38,673 nucleotides of DNA from Synechococcus sp. (GCA_051439605.1 JBFRWN010000003.1:1-38673); one strand, 5' to 3'; positions 27,410 to 37,703 are shown, numbered from the stretch's first letter. Notes: generated by a model from the letters alone, not told the origin. Translations and numbers: made by a program.

Positions 27410-29659
27410 TTAATGGGTGCCTGTGGTTTGGCGCTCGCTCTTCAGACTGAGGACGTCTTGGAGTTGACGGAGCTGGTTGACGATACTTTGCAGCTGATTT
27501 TTATGGGAAACGTCGATCAGCAGGTGAATAATTGCGGGCTTTTGGGGTGTGGTTTCCACCTGAGCGTTACTGACGTTGATGTGCATATCGGACAGGCGGG
27601 AAAGAATATCCCGCAGGACGCCAACGCGGTCGACCACTTCCAACTGCAGTTTGACGGGGTAGGTACGGTTGCGCCCGGTTAACGTGGACTGATTCCAACT
27701 CACTGGCAAGAGGCGATCGCTATCGCAATTGGCGACATTGCTGCAGTCATGCTGGTGGATCGCAATGCCCCGACCCTTGCGAGAGACGATGCCGATGATG
27801 TCATCGCCGGGTAGGGGACGACAGCAACCCGCAATGTAGTGCAGCATTCCCTCCACTCCGTGAATGGGAGCTTGACTGTTTTTGTCGCCAGCGGGCTGGG
27901 GGAAGGATTTAAAGGAGGGGATTGCTGCTGTGTCTTGCGAGGTTGGGGTTTTGGTGGTTTCCCGCAGTTTGTTGACCACCGAGGTGACGCCGATTTCACC
28001 AAATCCTAAGCCCGCCAATAGATCCTCGCTGCTGGCGTAGTTCAGTCGCTCGGATATCCGCTGCATGCGTTCGGACTTGAGCAATGCATCCAAACCGGAT
28101 TTACCCAGCTCCCGTTCTAGCAATTGGCGGCCACGGATGACATTTTCATCCTTGTGAGACTTTTTGTACCACTGGCGGATACGGTTGCGGGCCCCTGCTG
28201 TGGCAACAAAATTGACCCAATCCAGGCTGGGGCTGGCGTTCTTCTGAGTCAGAATTTCGACGATGTCGCCGTTATTGAGTTGAGTGTCCAACTGCACCAT
28301 GCGATCGTTCACCCTGGCTCCGGCACAGTGATTGCCCACCTCGGTGTGAATGCGATAGGCAAAGTCTACGGGGGTGGCGCCACGGGGCAAGGCAATCAAG
28401 TCACCTCTGGGGGTGAAGACATAGACCTCGCTTTCGAAAAAGTTTTCCCGAATGGAGTCCAAATATTCGCGATCGTCCGTGAGATCGCTTTGCCATTCCA
28501 GTAACTGGCGCAGCCAGGTAAATTTCTGTTCGCCTTCCGCGACCTGTGCTCCAGTCCCTACTTCTTTATATTTCCAGTGAGCTGCAATACCGTATTCGGC
28601 GATACGGTGCATTTCCTGAGTGCGGATTTGCACTTCTACAGGGCGTCCCTGGACCCCAATCACGGTTGTATGTAACGACTGATATTGGTTGGGTTTTGGC
28701 AGGCCAATATAGTCTTTGAACCGGCCGGGAATCGGCCGAAAACAGCGGTGGACGGTGGCGAGGGCCTGGTAGCATTCGGCATCGGTGTTAACGATAATCC
28801 GCGCACCAGCCAAGTCAAAAATCTCCTCGATGGATTTGTTCTGCCGCTGCATCTTTTTATAGATGCTGAATAGGTGTTTGGGTCGACCGCTGATTTCAAA
28901 ATCGTGCAGTCCGTCGTTTTCCAGCTGCATTTGTAGCCGCTTGATAAAAGCGGCAATGTTGGCTTCCCGTTCGGTGCGCTTCACGGTCACCAACTGTTTC
29001 ATGCGTTGGTACTGCTCGCTTTCTAAATACTTAAATGAGAGATCTTCTAGCTCCCACTTAAATTTCCAAATTCCCAAGCGGTTAGCAAGAGGGGCAAAGA
29101 TATCTTTGGTTTCGGCGGCGATGCGCTTTTGCTTTTCCTCGGGCAGATGTTCGAGGGTGCGCATGTTGTGCAAGCGATCGGCCAGCTTGATGACAATCAC
29201 GCGGATGTCTTTTGCCATGGCCAAGAACATGCGGCGAAAGTTTTCCGCTTGATGCTCGGTACGGCTAGAAAAGATGAATTTTGAGAGTTTCGTGACTCCG
29301 TCTACTAGGGTGCGCACTTCGGCACCAAATCGCGCTTCAATGTCCTCCAGGCTGGTTTCGGTGTCTTCAACGATGTCGTGTAAAAAGCCAGAGGCCACCA
29401 TGGCTGCATCCCCACCCAAATCCCACAGCAGACCAGCCACTTGAATCGGATGAATGATGTAGGGCTCGCCAGATTTGCGTTTTTGTCCCTCGTGCAATTC
29501 GTAGGCAAAGGTAAAGGCACTGCAGATTAAGCGGATATCTTCGGCCGTGTAAACCCGCGAGCTGCTGGTTACCGTCCCTTCAGGTGGATTGTCCCAGCAG
29601 TGTTTGAGCCAGTCTGGAAGTTCGATACCAATGATTTGGGGTGCTGCGGTTAGGCTCAT
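27410..29659 (-). CDS. spoT: bifunctional (p)ppGpp synthetase/hydrolase (RelA/SpoT homolog)
   Basis: HD domain (RKSGEPYIIHP, LHDIVEDT), synthetase (KDYIGLPKPNQYQSLHT, EVQIRT), TGS and ACT domains. Confidence 0.96.
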   Translation of the reverse strand: MSLTAAPQIIGIELPDWLKHCWDNPPEGTVTSSSRVYTAEDIRLICSAFTFAYELHEGQKRKSGEPYIIHPIQVAGLLWDLGGDAAMVASGFLHDIVEDTETSLEDIEARFGAEVRTLVDGVTKLSKFIFSSRTEHQAENFRRMFLAMAKDIRVIVIKLADRLHNMRTLEHLPEEKQKRIAAETKDIFAPLANRLGIWKFKWELEDLSFKYLESEQYQRMKQLVTVKRTEREANIAAFIKRLQMQLENDGLHDFEISGRPKHLFSIYKKMQRQNKSIEEIFDLAGARIIVNTDAECYQALATVHRCFRPIPGRFKDYIGLPKPNQYQSLHTTVIGVQGRPVEVQIRTQEMHRIAEYGIAAHWKYKEVGTGAQVAEGEQKFTWLRQLLEWQSDLTDDREYLDSIRENFFESEVYVFTPRGDLIALPRGATPVDFAYRIHTEVGNHCAGARVNDRMVQLDTQLNNGDIVEILTQKNASPSLDWVNFVATAGARNRIRQWYKKSHKDENVIRGRQLLERELGKSGLDALLKSERMQRISERLNYASSEDLLAGLGFGEIGVTSVVNKLRETTKTPTSQDTAAIPSFKSFPQPAGDKNSQAPIHGVEGMLHYIAGCCRPLPGDDIIGIVSRKGRGIAIHQHDCSNVANCDSDRLLPVSWNQSTLTGRNRTYPVKLQLEVVDRVGVLRDILSRLSDMHINVSNAQVETTPQKPAIIHLLIDVSHKNQLQSIVNQLRQLQDVLSLKSERQTTGTH

Positions 29660-29902
29660 ACCGTGCAGTAATATTGGGGCTTACAATTAAGTTTTTTCTA
29701 GTTTAGGCCGATCTTTCAATTTTTGGTGCATTTCGACAAGTGAAGCTTTATTGTGCCTCGAAGCGCAGAAATACTGAACGAATCATCCATATAATTTTGT
29801 ATTTTTATCGTTGAAATGCGCGATCTATGCCTAAAGTGACGATTGCCCGATTGTCATGAAATTGAGCTGGGGCGAGCGGTTTTGAGGCTGAATGGAAACT
29901 CG

Positions 29903-32011
29903 ATGGAGCTTGAGAGGTCTACATGGTGGGTGGGGGTAGCAGGCAGCGGTAAAACCGATTGCCTTGTGAAAACCTACGTTGACTGGATCGATGCGGGTGC
30001 CGACAGTCGAACGATCATCTGCTTTGCTGCCAGCAGCGAGTTACGATCGCAGCTTTCCAGACGATTGCAGGCAGACACCCAAAATCGAGCGATTGTGCAG
30101 GTCCTCACCCCCATGGGCTTTTTTCAGCGGGAGGTGCTGCTGTACTGGCCTCTCCTGCAAGATAGTCTCGGCCTACTAGCTCGATTCCCCCTGACGATCG
30201 CCCCCGAGAACGAGCAGGAGTTGGCCAATCAACTGTTCGAGAAGGATCTAGAGCAGGAAGATTTTGCCATTGAGGGCATGAGCCGCACTGAAATCGTGCG
30301 CCACATTATCGATAATTTGCAGTTGGCGGCATCGGCGGGACTGCCCGCAACAGAGATTGGAGAGCGCCTGATCGGTGCCAGAGGTGAGGGTTCCTTGGTT
30401 ACCCCCAAGACTTTAGCGAAGGTGGGAGAGTTGGCCCTGAAGTTTCGCACCTCTTTGTTGCAGCAAGGGTTGCTCACCTACAGCCTCATCACTGAGTTGT
30501 ACGGTCAGCAGTTGTTGCCCAACCGGCTTTATCGTCAGCAGTTGTTGCAGCGATATCGGCGGGCGATCGCCGATGATGTGGATGAATATCCGGCACTGAT
30601 GGGTCAGGTGTTCGAGTATTTGCTGCAAGAGCAGGTAACCTGCTGTTTTGGGTTTAACGATGAAGGGTCAGTGCGGCTGGGCTACGGTGCCGATCCGATG
30701 GCGCTGGCATCCCTCAGTCGGTTGTGCGAGATTCGGCCACTGGATCCCGTGGGCGGGCTGGAGTCAGAATGTGAGGCCATGCTGGCGGTGCTGGCGGATC
30801 CGGCAGCCAGTTGGGATCGGGTAGCAGCTCCACTGGCCAATCTGCGACTATTGCACACTGCCACCCGACGGGAGCTATTGCGGACTGTGGCACAGATGGC
30901 GATCGCTGCAGTCAACTCCGGGGAAATGCGAGCGGAGGAGATGGCGATTCTGGGGCCGGGTCTGGATCCGGTGGGGGTATACACCCTCAAAACCCTACTG
31001 GAGACTGCCGAAATTCCAGTGCGGCTACTCGATAATTCTCGCCCGTTGCTAGCCACACCATTGGTGCGAGCTCTGCTGACGTTCGTGGCGCTGGTTTATC
31101 CCGAGTGCGGCCATCTGCTGTCCCCCGAACAGGTGTCAGAACTGTTGGTGTTGGCAAGCAATCGACAGATCGATCCGGTGCGGGCGGGTCTGCTCAGCGA
31201 CAGCTGCTTTCAGCCTCAGCGCGATCGCCCTAAACTGTTGCCATCGAGTTCCGACCCGCGGCGCGATCGCTTGGGGGCGATGGCCAGTGCGGCTTACCAG
31301 CCTATCGCCCTCTGGGTGGAGCAACAGCAGCAGGAACCCTTGCGGCCACTACCGGAGTTTTTGCAGGATGCCATGCGGCAGTTTTGGCTGGAACAGGAGC
31401 TTGACCGCGGGCGAGTCAGTGCCTATCGGGCCACCATCGAGGCAGCCCAACGATACGAAGCGGTGGCCCAACGGTTGGGGCAGGCCCCCGAGACGGTGGG
31501 GCGCAGTTTTTTCCAGTTGCTGGCGGAGGGGACGTTTACGGCGAAGCCAGATGTGACGGCTTTAGGGGTTACCGAGCTAGGTGCTGGGGATGCAGGGTCT
31601 GGAGATTCACAGCAGCGCCGGGGACAGGGCATCGTGCTGGGGACGATTTATCAGTATCGAATGGAGCGCCTCTCCCATCGCTGGCAGTTTTGGCTGGATG
31701 CTGGGTCGAGTTTGTGGAACAGTGCGTACAGCAGTTTTGGCTCCTTCAAGATTAAAAACCCCTATGTATTTCTGCAGGATTGGCAGGGGGTACCCTGGAG
31801 TCCAGAGCGCACCCAGCAGGTGCTCGATGATGGCCTCGAGAGGGTGTTGGCGGATTTGACTCAGCGCTGCACCGAGCAAATTATCTTGTGCCACAGCGAT
31901 TTGTCGATCGCGGGTGGAGAGTTGGCCGGACCGTTGTTACCGGTGGTAGATCGAGCCACTCTATGGGAACCCCTTAGCCAGTCGCAACCCCCTCAGCAGG
32001 GGGTAGGCTAG
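29903..32011 (+). CDS. conserved cyanobacterial UvrD/SF1-helicase-like P-loop protein
   Basis: Walker A GVAGSGKT, degenerate Walker B IADDVDEYP, GF...GSVRLGYGADP and WQFWLDAGS.LW. Start ATG 29903 is preferred. Confidence 0.75.
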   Translation: MELERSTWWVGVAGSGKTDCLVKTYVDWIDAGADSRTIICFAASSELRSQLSRRLQADTQNRAIVQVLTPMGFFQREVLLYWPLLQDSLGLLARFPLTIAPENEQELANQLFEKDLEQEDFAIEGMSRTEIVRHIIDNLQLAASAGLPATEIGERLIGARGEGSLVTPKTLAKVGELALKFRTSLLQQGLLTYSLITELYGQQLLPNRLYRQQLLQRYRRAIADDVDEYPALMGQVFEYLLQEQVTCCFGFNDEGSVRLGYGADPMALASLSRLCEIRPLDPVGGLESECEAMLAVLADPAASWDRVAAPLANLRLLHTATRRELLRTVAQMAIAAVNSGEMRAEEMAILGPGLDPVGVYTLKTLLETAEIPVRLLDNSRPLLATPLVRALLTFVALVYPECGHLLSPEQVSELLVLASNRQIDPVRAGLLSDSCFQPQRDRPKLLPSSSDPRRDRLGAMASAAYQPIALWVEQQQQEPLRPLPEFLQDAMRQFWLEQELDRGRVSAYRATIEAAQRYEAVAQRLGQAPETVGRSFFQLLAEGTFTAKPDVTALGVTELGAGDAGSGDSQQRRGQGIVLGTIYQYRMERLSHRWQFWLDAGSSLWNSAYSSFGSFKIKNPYVFLQDWQGVPWSPERTQQVLDDGLERVLADLTQRCTEQIILCHSDLSIAGGELAGPLLPVVDRATLWEPLSQSQPPQQGVG

Positions 32012-32150
32012 TCTATATACTGAAAATGAAAAAATGTTCCCCGCATCGCGGCTGTAGTGTTCTCAATGTTGTCTCCCGCTCGCTACGTGGCAGGATTGTG
32101 GAGGAGGCATTACCAACGAGCACTCTTTCTGTCTCATTTCCGCGCTTAGC

Positions 32151-33470
32151 ATGCCAGAAGAATTCGACCATTCTGAATCACCTAGACAGAGCCCCGGAGA
32201 TAGCGGCAATCCTCCTCGACCAGGGAACTCAGCTGATAAATCGGGGGATCGCCCCGCGACCGATCGATCTTCCAGTCGTGCTAGACCTGTGAGTGACAGC
32301 CCTATCGAAGATCGTTCCCCCAGCCGCCGTCCCCCTAAACAACGACCCCCACACGATCGGCCTTCTAACAAACGACCTGCCAATCAACAGCGCGCGGCTA
32401 ACGAGCCCCCCATCAATCCCGAGGATCGAGATGACGATGATTTCGAGCGGGAAATTGAAACGACGGCTCGACCAGTCGGGTCCAAGTCCTCTTCTGATGC
32501 GACCACCAGTCGCCGACCTTCGGCTAGAAGTATTGCGGCTAGTCAGGCTTTAGTTTCCACTCCTACGCACTCAAGAAGCTCTAGCTCTGGCCCTACATCC
32601 GCTGGTGAACGCTCCCGCGATGGAGTGGGGGCAGGTCGTGTGGGTGTGAGTTCGCGCGGTGACTATGGTTCCCGAGACTATGGCACTGCTCGCGGTTATC
32701 GTCCTCGAAGTGACTCCGGGACCGAACGGCGGGGAAGCTACGATCGTCGATCCTACGGCGATCGCTACAGCGGTAGGGCTGCTGCAGGGGGAGGTGGTTT
32801 CGGTGGTGGCGATCGCGGTGGAGCCGTTCCTCAGGGGTCCAAGGGGAAGCCGAAGAAATTAGGGGGAGTCACGGTTATTGCGATCGCGATTTTGGTGGCC
32901 TTTTTCACAGGGTTTGCCATGCGGGATCTCTACACCGCTAAAAGTGGTTTTGATGATGAGCGATTTGTACAGGCAGAGCAGGTACCTTCTAATCTGCGGC
33001 AGTTTTGCGTCGATTACAACGGCTTGCCCTCGTTTACGCTGCTCAATGTAGCGTCTACCTCTGCCCTGAGTGCCACCACCGTACCAGTCCTGAAGCTGGA
33101 CACCTGCACAATTCCTACGAATCAAACGGCAAATGCTCTGCAGGCATTGGGGGTCGATCGCCGTGCCACCAGCATTGGTTTGCAACTAGGGGGGTCGAAC
33201 TTAACTCTCGTGAACCTGCCGGTGACTGGGTCACTCTCAGTCCAGCTACTTGCCCAGTTCCCATCGCTAGAGGAGAGCTTGAGCGGTCGCGATCGCGATA
33301 TGAAGGAAAAAGAACTCGAAGACATTCTGGATACGATGTTGCGCAGCGGGGCAAATGGGCTAGCGCTGCAGAACATCATCAAGACCAATAAAACGGACGT
33401 GTATGCGATTGCCCCCGGCCACACCTTCCAACTGCAACCAGATATTCAAGCCCCTTCCGAGCTGCAGTAG
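32151..33470 (+). CDS. single-pass membrane protein with long disordered N-terminus (possibly divergent DUF3172-like)
   Basis: About 235 aa of P/S/R/D/G low complexity, one TM (VTVIAIAILVAFFTGFAM), then a folded domain with two Cys. Confidence 0.75.
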   Translation: MPEEFDHSESPRQSPGDSGNPPRPGNSADKSGDRPATDRSSSRARPVSDSPIEDRSPSRRPPKQRPPHDRPSNKRPANQQRAANEPPINPEDRDDDDFEREIETTARPVGSKSSSDATTSRRPSARSIAASQALVSTPTHSRSSSSGPTSAGERSRDGVGAGRVGVSSRGDYGSRDYGTARGYRPRSDSGTERRGSYDRRSYGDRYSGRAAAGGGGFGGGDRGGAVPQGSKGKPKKLGGVTVIAIAILVAFFTGFAMRDLYTAKSGFDDERFVQAEQVPSNLRQFCVDYNGLPSFTLLNVASTSALSATTVPVLKLDTCTIPTNQTANALQALGVDRRATSIGLQLGGSNLTLVNLPVTGSLSVQLLAQFPSLEESLSGRDRDMKEKELEDILDTMLRSGANGLALQNIIKTNKTDVYAIAPGHTFQLQPDIQAPSELQ

Positions 33471-33596
33471 GCTTCTACTCCCAAGGTTGCTGAGATAGCG
33501 GGCAGCTTGGGCCTTTTACAGTAGACTCCTTCTAAATGCTGCTGGCTGGCCAACGTTGGTGTACTCAGCTCAAATAGTTGGAAAGGGGAGGCGGTT

Positions 33597-34271
33597 ATAG
33601 CTGACCGTGGTTACTTTATTACGCTGGAAGGGGGAGAGGGGGCTGGCAAAACGACGTTGCTCGATCGGATCGCTGCTCAATTATCCAATTTGGGTCAGCC
33701 TTGTTTGTGTACTCGAGAACCGGGAGGGACTGACATCGGGAGGTCTTTGCGGGAACTCCTCCTACAGGGTGGAGATCTGGCGATTGAGACAGAATTGCTG
33801 TTGTATGCCGCCGATCGCGCAGAGCATGTGGCTTCGACCATTTGCCCAGCCCTGGCTGCCGGCCAGATTGTGCTGTGCGATCGCTATGTGGACTCGACGG
33901 TGGCCTATCAGGGGTACGGCCGCCAACTGGATTTAGAGACGATCGATCGTCTCAATGCGATTGCCACCCGCGGACTGATGCCTGACTTAACGTTGTGGCT
34001 GGATGTGCCCGTTCAAGAAGGTCTGCGGCGAGCTCACGATCGGGCGCTTACCTCTGCCGGCAGCCTCGATCGCCTCGAACAAACTGCCCTCGATTTCCAC
34101 GAACGCCTGCATGAGGGATTCCGCCAGTTGGCACAACAGTATCCCGGGCGTATTTGTCGTCTTGATGCATGCCGACCCCCCGATGTGTTGTTTGTTGCTG
34201 CTTGGGAAATTCTGGTGGAGCGCTGTCCTCAATTGGCTCGGAAGGTTATGGCGCGAGGGGAGAGGGGATGA
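33597..34271 (+). CDS. tmk: thymidylate kinase, apparent ATA start
   Basis: In frame from 33597: (M)ADRGYFITLEGGEGAGKTTL...TREPGGT...LLYAADRAEH...CDRYVDST.AYQG. The ORF-track start at 33657 would delete the P-loop. SD GGAGG at 33587-33591. Confidence 0.93.
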   Translation: MADRGYFITLEGGEGAGKTTLLDRIAAQLSNLGQPCLCTREPGGTDIGRSLRELLLQGGDLAIETELLLYAADRAEHVASTICPALAAGQIVLCDRYVDSTVAYQGYGRQLDLETIDRLNAIATRGLMPDLTLWLDVPVQEGLRRAHDRALTSAGSLDRLEQTALDFHERLHEGFRQLAQQYPGRICRLDACRPPDVLFVAAWEILVERCPQLARKVMARGERG

Positions 34272-35317
34272 ACTCATCAGAATCCAGTTCGATGGCAAGT
34301 GATTTAGATTCAGTTGCCATCGGTTCTACAGCTGATATCTCTGGCGGAGAGCAACCCCCTTTGGTGGGGCAGCAACTGGCTGTCCAATATTTGCAGGCGG
34401 GATTGTGCAAGCAAAGACTTGCCCCTGCTTATCTGTTTTCGGGCCCGGCTGGAGTTGGACGCGCGATCGCTGCCCGCTGGTTTGCGCGGGCTCTGTTGTG
34501 TCCCAATCGAGCCGCAGGTCAGGATGTTCCCTGTGGTGCCTGTTCCTCTTGCCGCCGCATTACTCATACCAACGAGCGCAACAACCATCCCGACCTATTG
34601 TGGGTGGAGCCCACTTACAAGCACCAGGGCAAGCTATTGACGCTTACAGAATCGAAGGCAGCGGGCCTTAAGCCTAAATCTCCTCCCCAAGTACGCTTGG
34701 ATCAGGTGCGGGCCATCTCTCAATTTGCCGGACGGACCCCTCTAGAGTCTTCCCGCTCGGTGATTGTGATGACTGCGGCTGAAACGTTGGCTGAGGCTGC
34801 TGCCAATGCCTTGCTCAAAACTTTGGAGGAGCCCCGTCAGTCCTATCTCATTTTGTTGGCCACCGACGCTGCGCTCTTGCTGACTACCATTGTGTCCCGC
34901 TGCCAATTGATTCCCTTTCGGCGATTGGCACGCGAGCAGGTTGTGGATGTGCTGGTGCATGCTGGTGCATCGGTGCTGCCCGATTTTGTGTTGGATTTGG
35001 CTCAAGGAAGCCCCGGGCAGGCTCAAGAGATGATGGAGGTTTGGGAGTCTATTCCGCCGGAGTTGCTCGAACAACTGCAGGCTTGGCCGCGATCGCTGCG
35101 CGAGTCCCTGACGCTAGGTCGCGAGATTGCTAAACAGCTCGACGTACCTCGACAGCTGTGGCTAATCGAATATCTGCAGCAATATTGTTGGCAGCAGTCC
35201 CGCGGGGATCTAGTGGCTCGTCTGGAAAAAGCGCGCACCCAATTACGAGCTTTTGTTCAGCCCCAGCTAGTTTGGGAGATGACCTTGCGTCCTATCGGGG
35301 ATCGCCCCTCGCGCTAA
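34268..35317 (+). CDS. holB: DNA polymerase III delta' subunit
   Basis: AYLFSGPAGVG, C..PCG.C.SC Zn module, HPDL, AANALLKTLEEP and TIVSRCQ. ATGA overlap with the tmk stop. Confidence 0.95.
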   Translation: MNSSESSSMASDLDSVAIGSTADISGGEQPPLVGQQLAVQYLQAGLCKQRLAPAYLFSGPAGVGRAIAARWFARALLCPNRAAGQDVPCGACSSCRRITHTNERNNHPDLLWVEPTYKHQGKLLTLTESKAAGLKPKSPPQVRLDQVRAISQFAGRTPLESSRSVIVMTAAETLAEAAANALLKTLEEPRQSYLILLATDAALLLTTIVSRCQLIPFRRLAREQVVDVLVHAGASVLPDFVLDLAQGSPGQAQEMMEVWESIPPELLEQLQAWPRSLRESLTLGREIAKQLDVPRQLWLIEYLQQYCWQQSRGDLVARLEKARTQLRAFVQPQLVWEMTLRPIGDRPSR

Positions 35318-35831
35318 TTTGGCCTCCAGCAGGACATTCTTGTTTTTCAGTTACCGCCAGATTTCGAACCCGACTGCAGGATAGCCTCCGATCCCCATAG
35401 AGATAGGTGATACAGTCCGCAAGTATCGCAACGATTTATTGAGAATCTTAAGAAAGGATGAAGGAAGTATGCGAGTCCCGCCACATCGGAAAACAATAAT
35501 TGTCTAGACAGAGCTAGCGCTGCAGGAGTTAGAGAACGATCCCCACCGCAATTTTTTGTTGGATTATATTTTTTTTCAGTGCCGATCCCCAGATCGCAGT
35601 TCGATGCTGAGGAGTTTCAGAATTGCTGATATGGAGTTGTCTGTGCTAGTGATTATTCCACACATGAAACTGCCTCAAACGGCCTTTTTAGAGTTTGGTG
35701 TATCTCACTACAAAAAAATATTTGTCTCTGCTAGAAACGCTTATCTCATAAGGTGTTTGTGCTGTGGTGATTAGTGAAAATTCTAGTTTTATTGGTTTTC
35801 TCTGATAAAAAGCGTAAAGCGCTTTTGTCAC

Positions 35832-35873
35832 GTATCCCACAATACTATTACGCCTTCTCCTAAGTGTTAGCGT
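35832..35873 (+). promoter_or_regulatory. NtcA-activated class II promoter
   Basis: GTA-TCCCACAA-TAC (35832-35845), exactly 22 nt, then TAGCGT (TAN3T, 35868-35873), 43 nt before ATG 35917. Confidence 0.75.
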
Positions 35874-35916
35874 AAATGCAGAAATAAAGAAGACTTCTAT
35901 CTTTGGTTTAGTATCT

Positions 35917-36237
35917 ATGCAACCGATTGACTCGCTACCCCAGGATTATGCAACCCAGCGTGTAACTTGTTGCTACGTTAACGCAACCAGTTCTATCCAA
36001 GTAGCGAGAATAACGAACGTTCAGAATTGGTATTTTGAGCGGGTTGTTTTTCCCGGACAGCGATTGCTCTTTGAAACAATTCCAAGTGCTTGTCTCGAAA
36101 TACATACCGGTATGATAGCCAGCGCGATCCTGACTGACACAATTGTGTGTGCCAGTTTGGCGGTTCAGGATAACAACGTCATGGTTTTTGAAAATGTAGT
36201 TTCTGCCACTGCACAACCCAGCCGAGTTGCCTCGTAA
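35917..36237 (+). CDS. DUF1830 domain-containing protein
   Basis: CCYVNATS.IQVARITN..NWYFERVVFPGQRLLFE....A.LEIHTG..ASAIL.D.I.C signature. Confidence 0.9.
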   Translation: MQPIDSLPQDYATQRVTCCYVNATSSIQVARITNVQNWYFERVVFPGQRLLFETIPSACLEIHTGMIASAILTDTIVCASLAVQDNNVMVFENVVSATAQPSRVAS

Positions 36238-36286
36238 CGTTTGGCTCGTTTAATCACAGCCTTCTTCCTCGAATAGTCCTATTTCT

Positions 36287-36310
36287 GGCCCTACCCTGTA
36301 GGGCCTTTTT
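36287..36310 (+). terminator. intrinsic terminator after DUF1830 gene
   Basis: GGCCCTAC-CCT-GTAGGGCC followed by TTTTT. Confidence 0.85.
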
Positions 36311-36359
36311 GTCTGGAGACATCACGAGTGATTGCAGAGTTTGAAGGTTTCTCCAGTCA

Positions 36360-37703
36360 CTAACCAACAGTTGCTATCAGTTTTGGCCCGCTAAGGTGAC
36401 GGGTTTGCCATGCCTGCAACTCCTGCAACGCCCGATCGCGATAAAGGCCGTAGCGCTCCCGCTTGTTTTTCACCTTCTTGCCAGGCAGTGCTGGCAAGAT
36501 TCCGAAATTAGCGGGCATGGGCTGGAAATGCTTGGGATCGGCCGTGCTAATAAACTCGAACAGCGCCCCCATCATCGTGCTGATGGGCATCGGTATGGGC
36601 TGGAGGCCTCGGGCGAAGCGGGCAGCGTTGGTGCCTGCTAGCCACCCTCCAGCGGCAGCGCAAGCATAGCCTTCGGTACCCACCAATTGTCCGGCCCCAA
36701 ACAGGCTGGGTCGCTGACGGAACTGTAAGCTGGCATCGAGCAGAAAGGGAGAGTTGATAAACGTATTGCGGTGCATTACCCCCATGCGAACGAATTCGGC
36801 GTTTTCTAGGCCAGGGATGAGCCGAAAGATCCGCTCCTGTTCCCCCCATTTCAGGTTGGTTTGGAATCCCACCATGTTCCATAGGCGACCGACTTTATCT
36901 TCTTGGCGCAGCTGCACCACCGCGTAGGGCCAGCGTCCCGTGCGCGGATCGTCTAGCCCCTTGGGTTTGAGTGGGCCGTAGCGCATGGTGTCGGGACCGC
37001 GACGGGCCATTTCTTCTATGGGTAAACACCCTTCGAAAAACTTGCGCTCCTGCGCTTCAAACTCTTTTAGAGGTGCCTGCTCTGCCTCAGTCAGAGCCGT
37101 CCAGAAGCGTAAATATTCCTCTTGATTCATGGGGCAATTGAGGTAAGCCGCTTCACCTTTGCCATATCGCGAAGCCAAAAAAACGATGTCGCGGTTGAGG
37201 GAATCCCCTTCCAGGATGGGACTGGCGGCATCAAAGAAGCTGAGGTATTCCATGCCAGTGAAGCTGCGTAACTCCTCCGCCAAAGCAGGACTGGTGAGAG
37301 GACCGGTACAGAGGACGGTGATTCCGTCTGGAATTGCTGTGACTTCTTCTCGACGAACGGTAATGCGGGGGTGGTTGTCCAGCCGCTGGGTAAGGGATTG
37401 GCTAAAAACCGAGCGATCGACAGCAAGGGCTCCCCCCGCTGGCACGATGAACTCTTCGGCGGCATCCATGACGACTGAACCCAAGCGGCGCAGCTCTTCT
37501 TTTAGAAGACCAGGGGCGCGATCGCTGGCTATAGCCCCCAGCGAGTTACTGCACACGAGTTCTGCAAAGTGAGGGGTGTGATGGGCGGGGGTGGAGCGTA
37601 CCGGACGCATTTCGTAGAGGTGAACGTCTAGGCCAGCGCGGGCGATTTGCCACGCTGCCTCTGTTCCCGCTAAGCCAGCGCCAATAACGTGAATGGGTTC
37701 CAC
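36360..37703 (-). CDS. trmFO: methylenetetrahydrofolate--tRNA-(uracil-5)-methyltransferase
   Basis: [49 protein letters not shown] and GVMHRNTF motifs. Confidence 0.97.
   Translation of the reverse strand: MEPIHVIGAGLAGTEAAWQIARAGLDVHLYEMRPVRSTPAHHTPHFAELVCSNSLGAIASDRAPGLLKEELRRLGSVVMDAAEEFIVPAGGALAVDRSVFSQSLTQRLDNHPRITVRREEVTAIPDGITVLCTGPLTSPALAEELRSFTGMEYLSFFDAASPILEGDSLNRDIVFLASRYGKGEAAYLNCPMNQEEYLRFWTALTEAEQAPLKEFEAQERKFFEGCLPIEEMARRGPDTMRYGPLKPKGLDDPRTGRWPYAVVQLRQEDKVGRLWNMVGFQTNLKWGEQERIFRLIPGLENAEFVRMGVMHRNTFINSPFLLDASLQFRQRPSLFGAGQLVGTEGYACAAAGGWLAGTNAARFARGLQPIPMPISTMMGALFEFISTADPKHFQPMPANFGILPALPGKKVKNKRERYGLYRDRALQELQAWQTRHLSGPKLIATVG

Noticed and set aside
33607..33936. 109-aa ORF suggesting tmk is frameshifted
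   Set aside because: All Tmk motifs including the P-loop are in one continuous frame (that of 33657); this ORF is a shadow frame.
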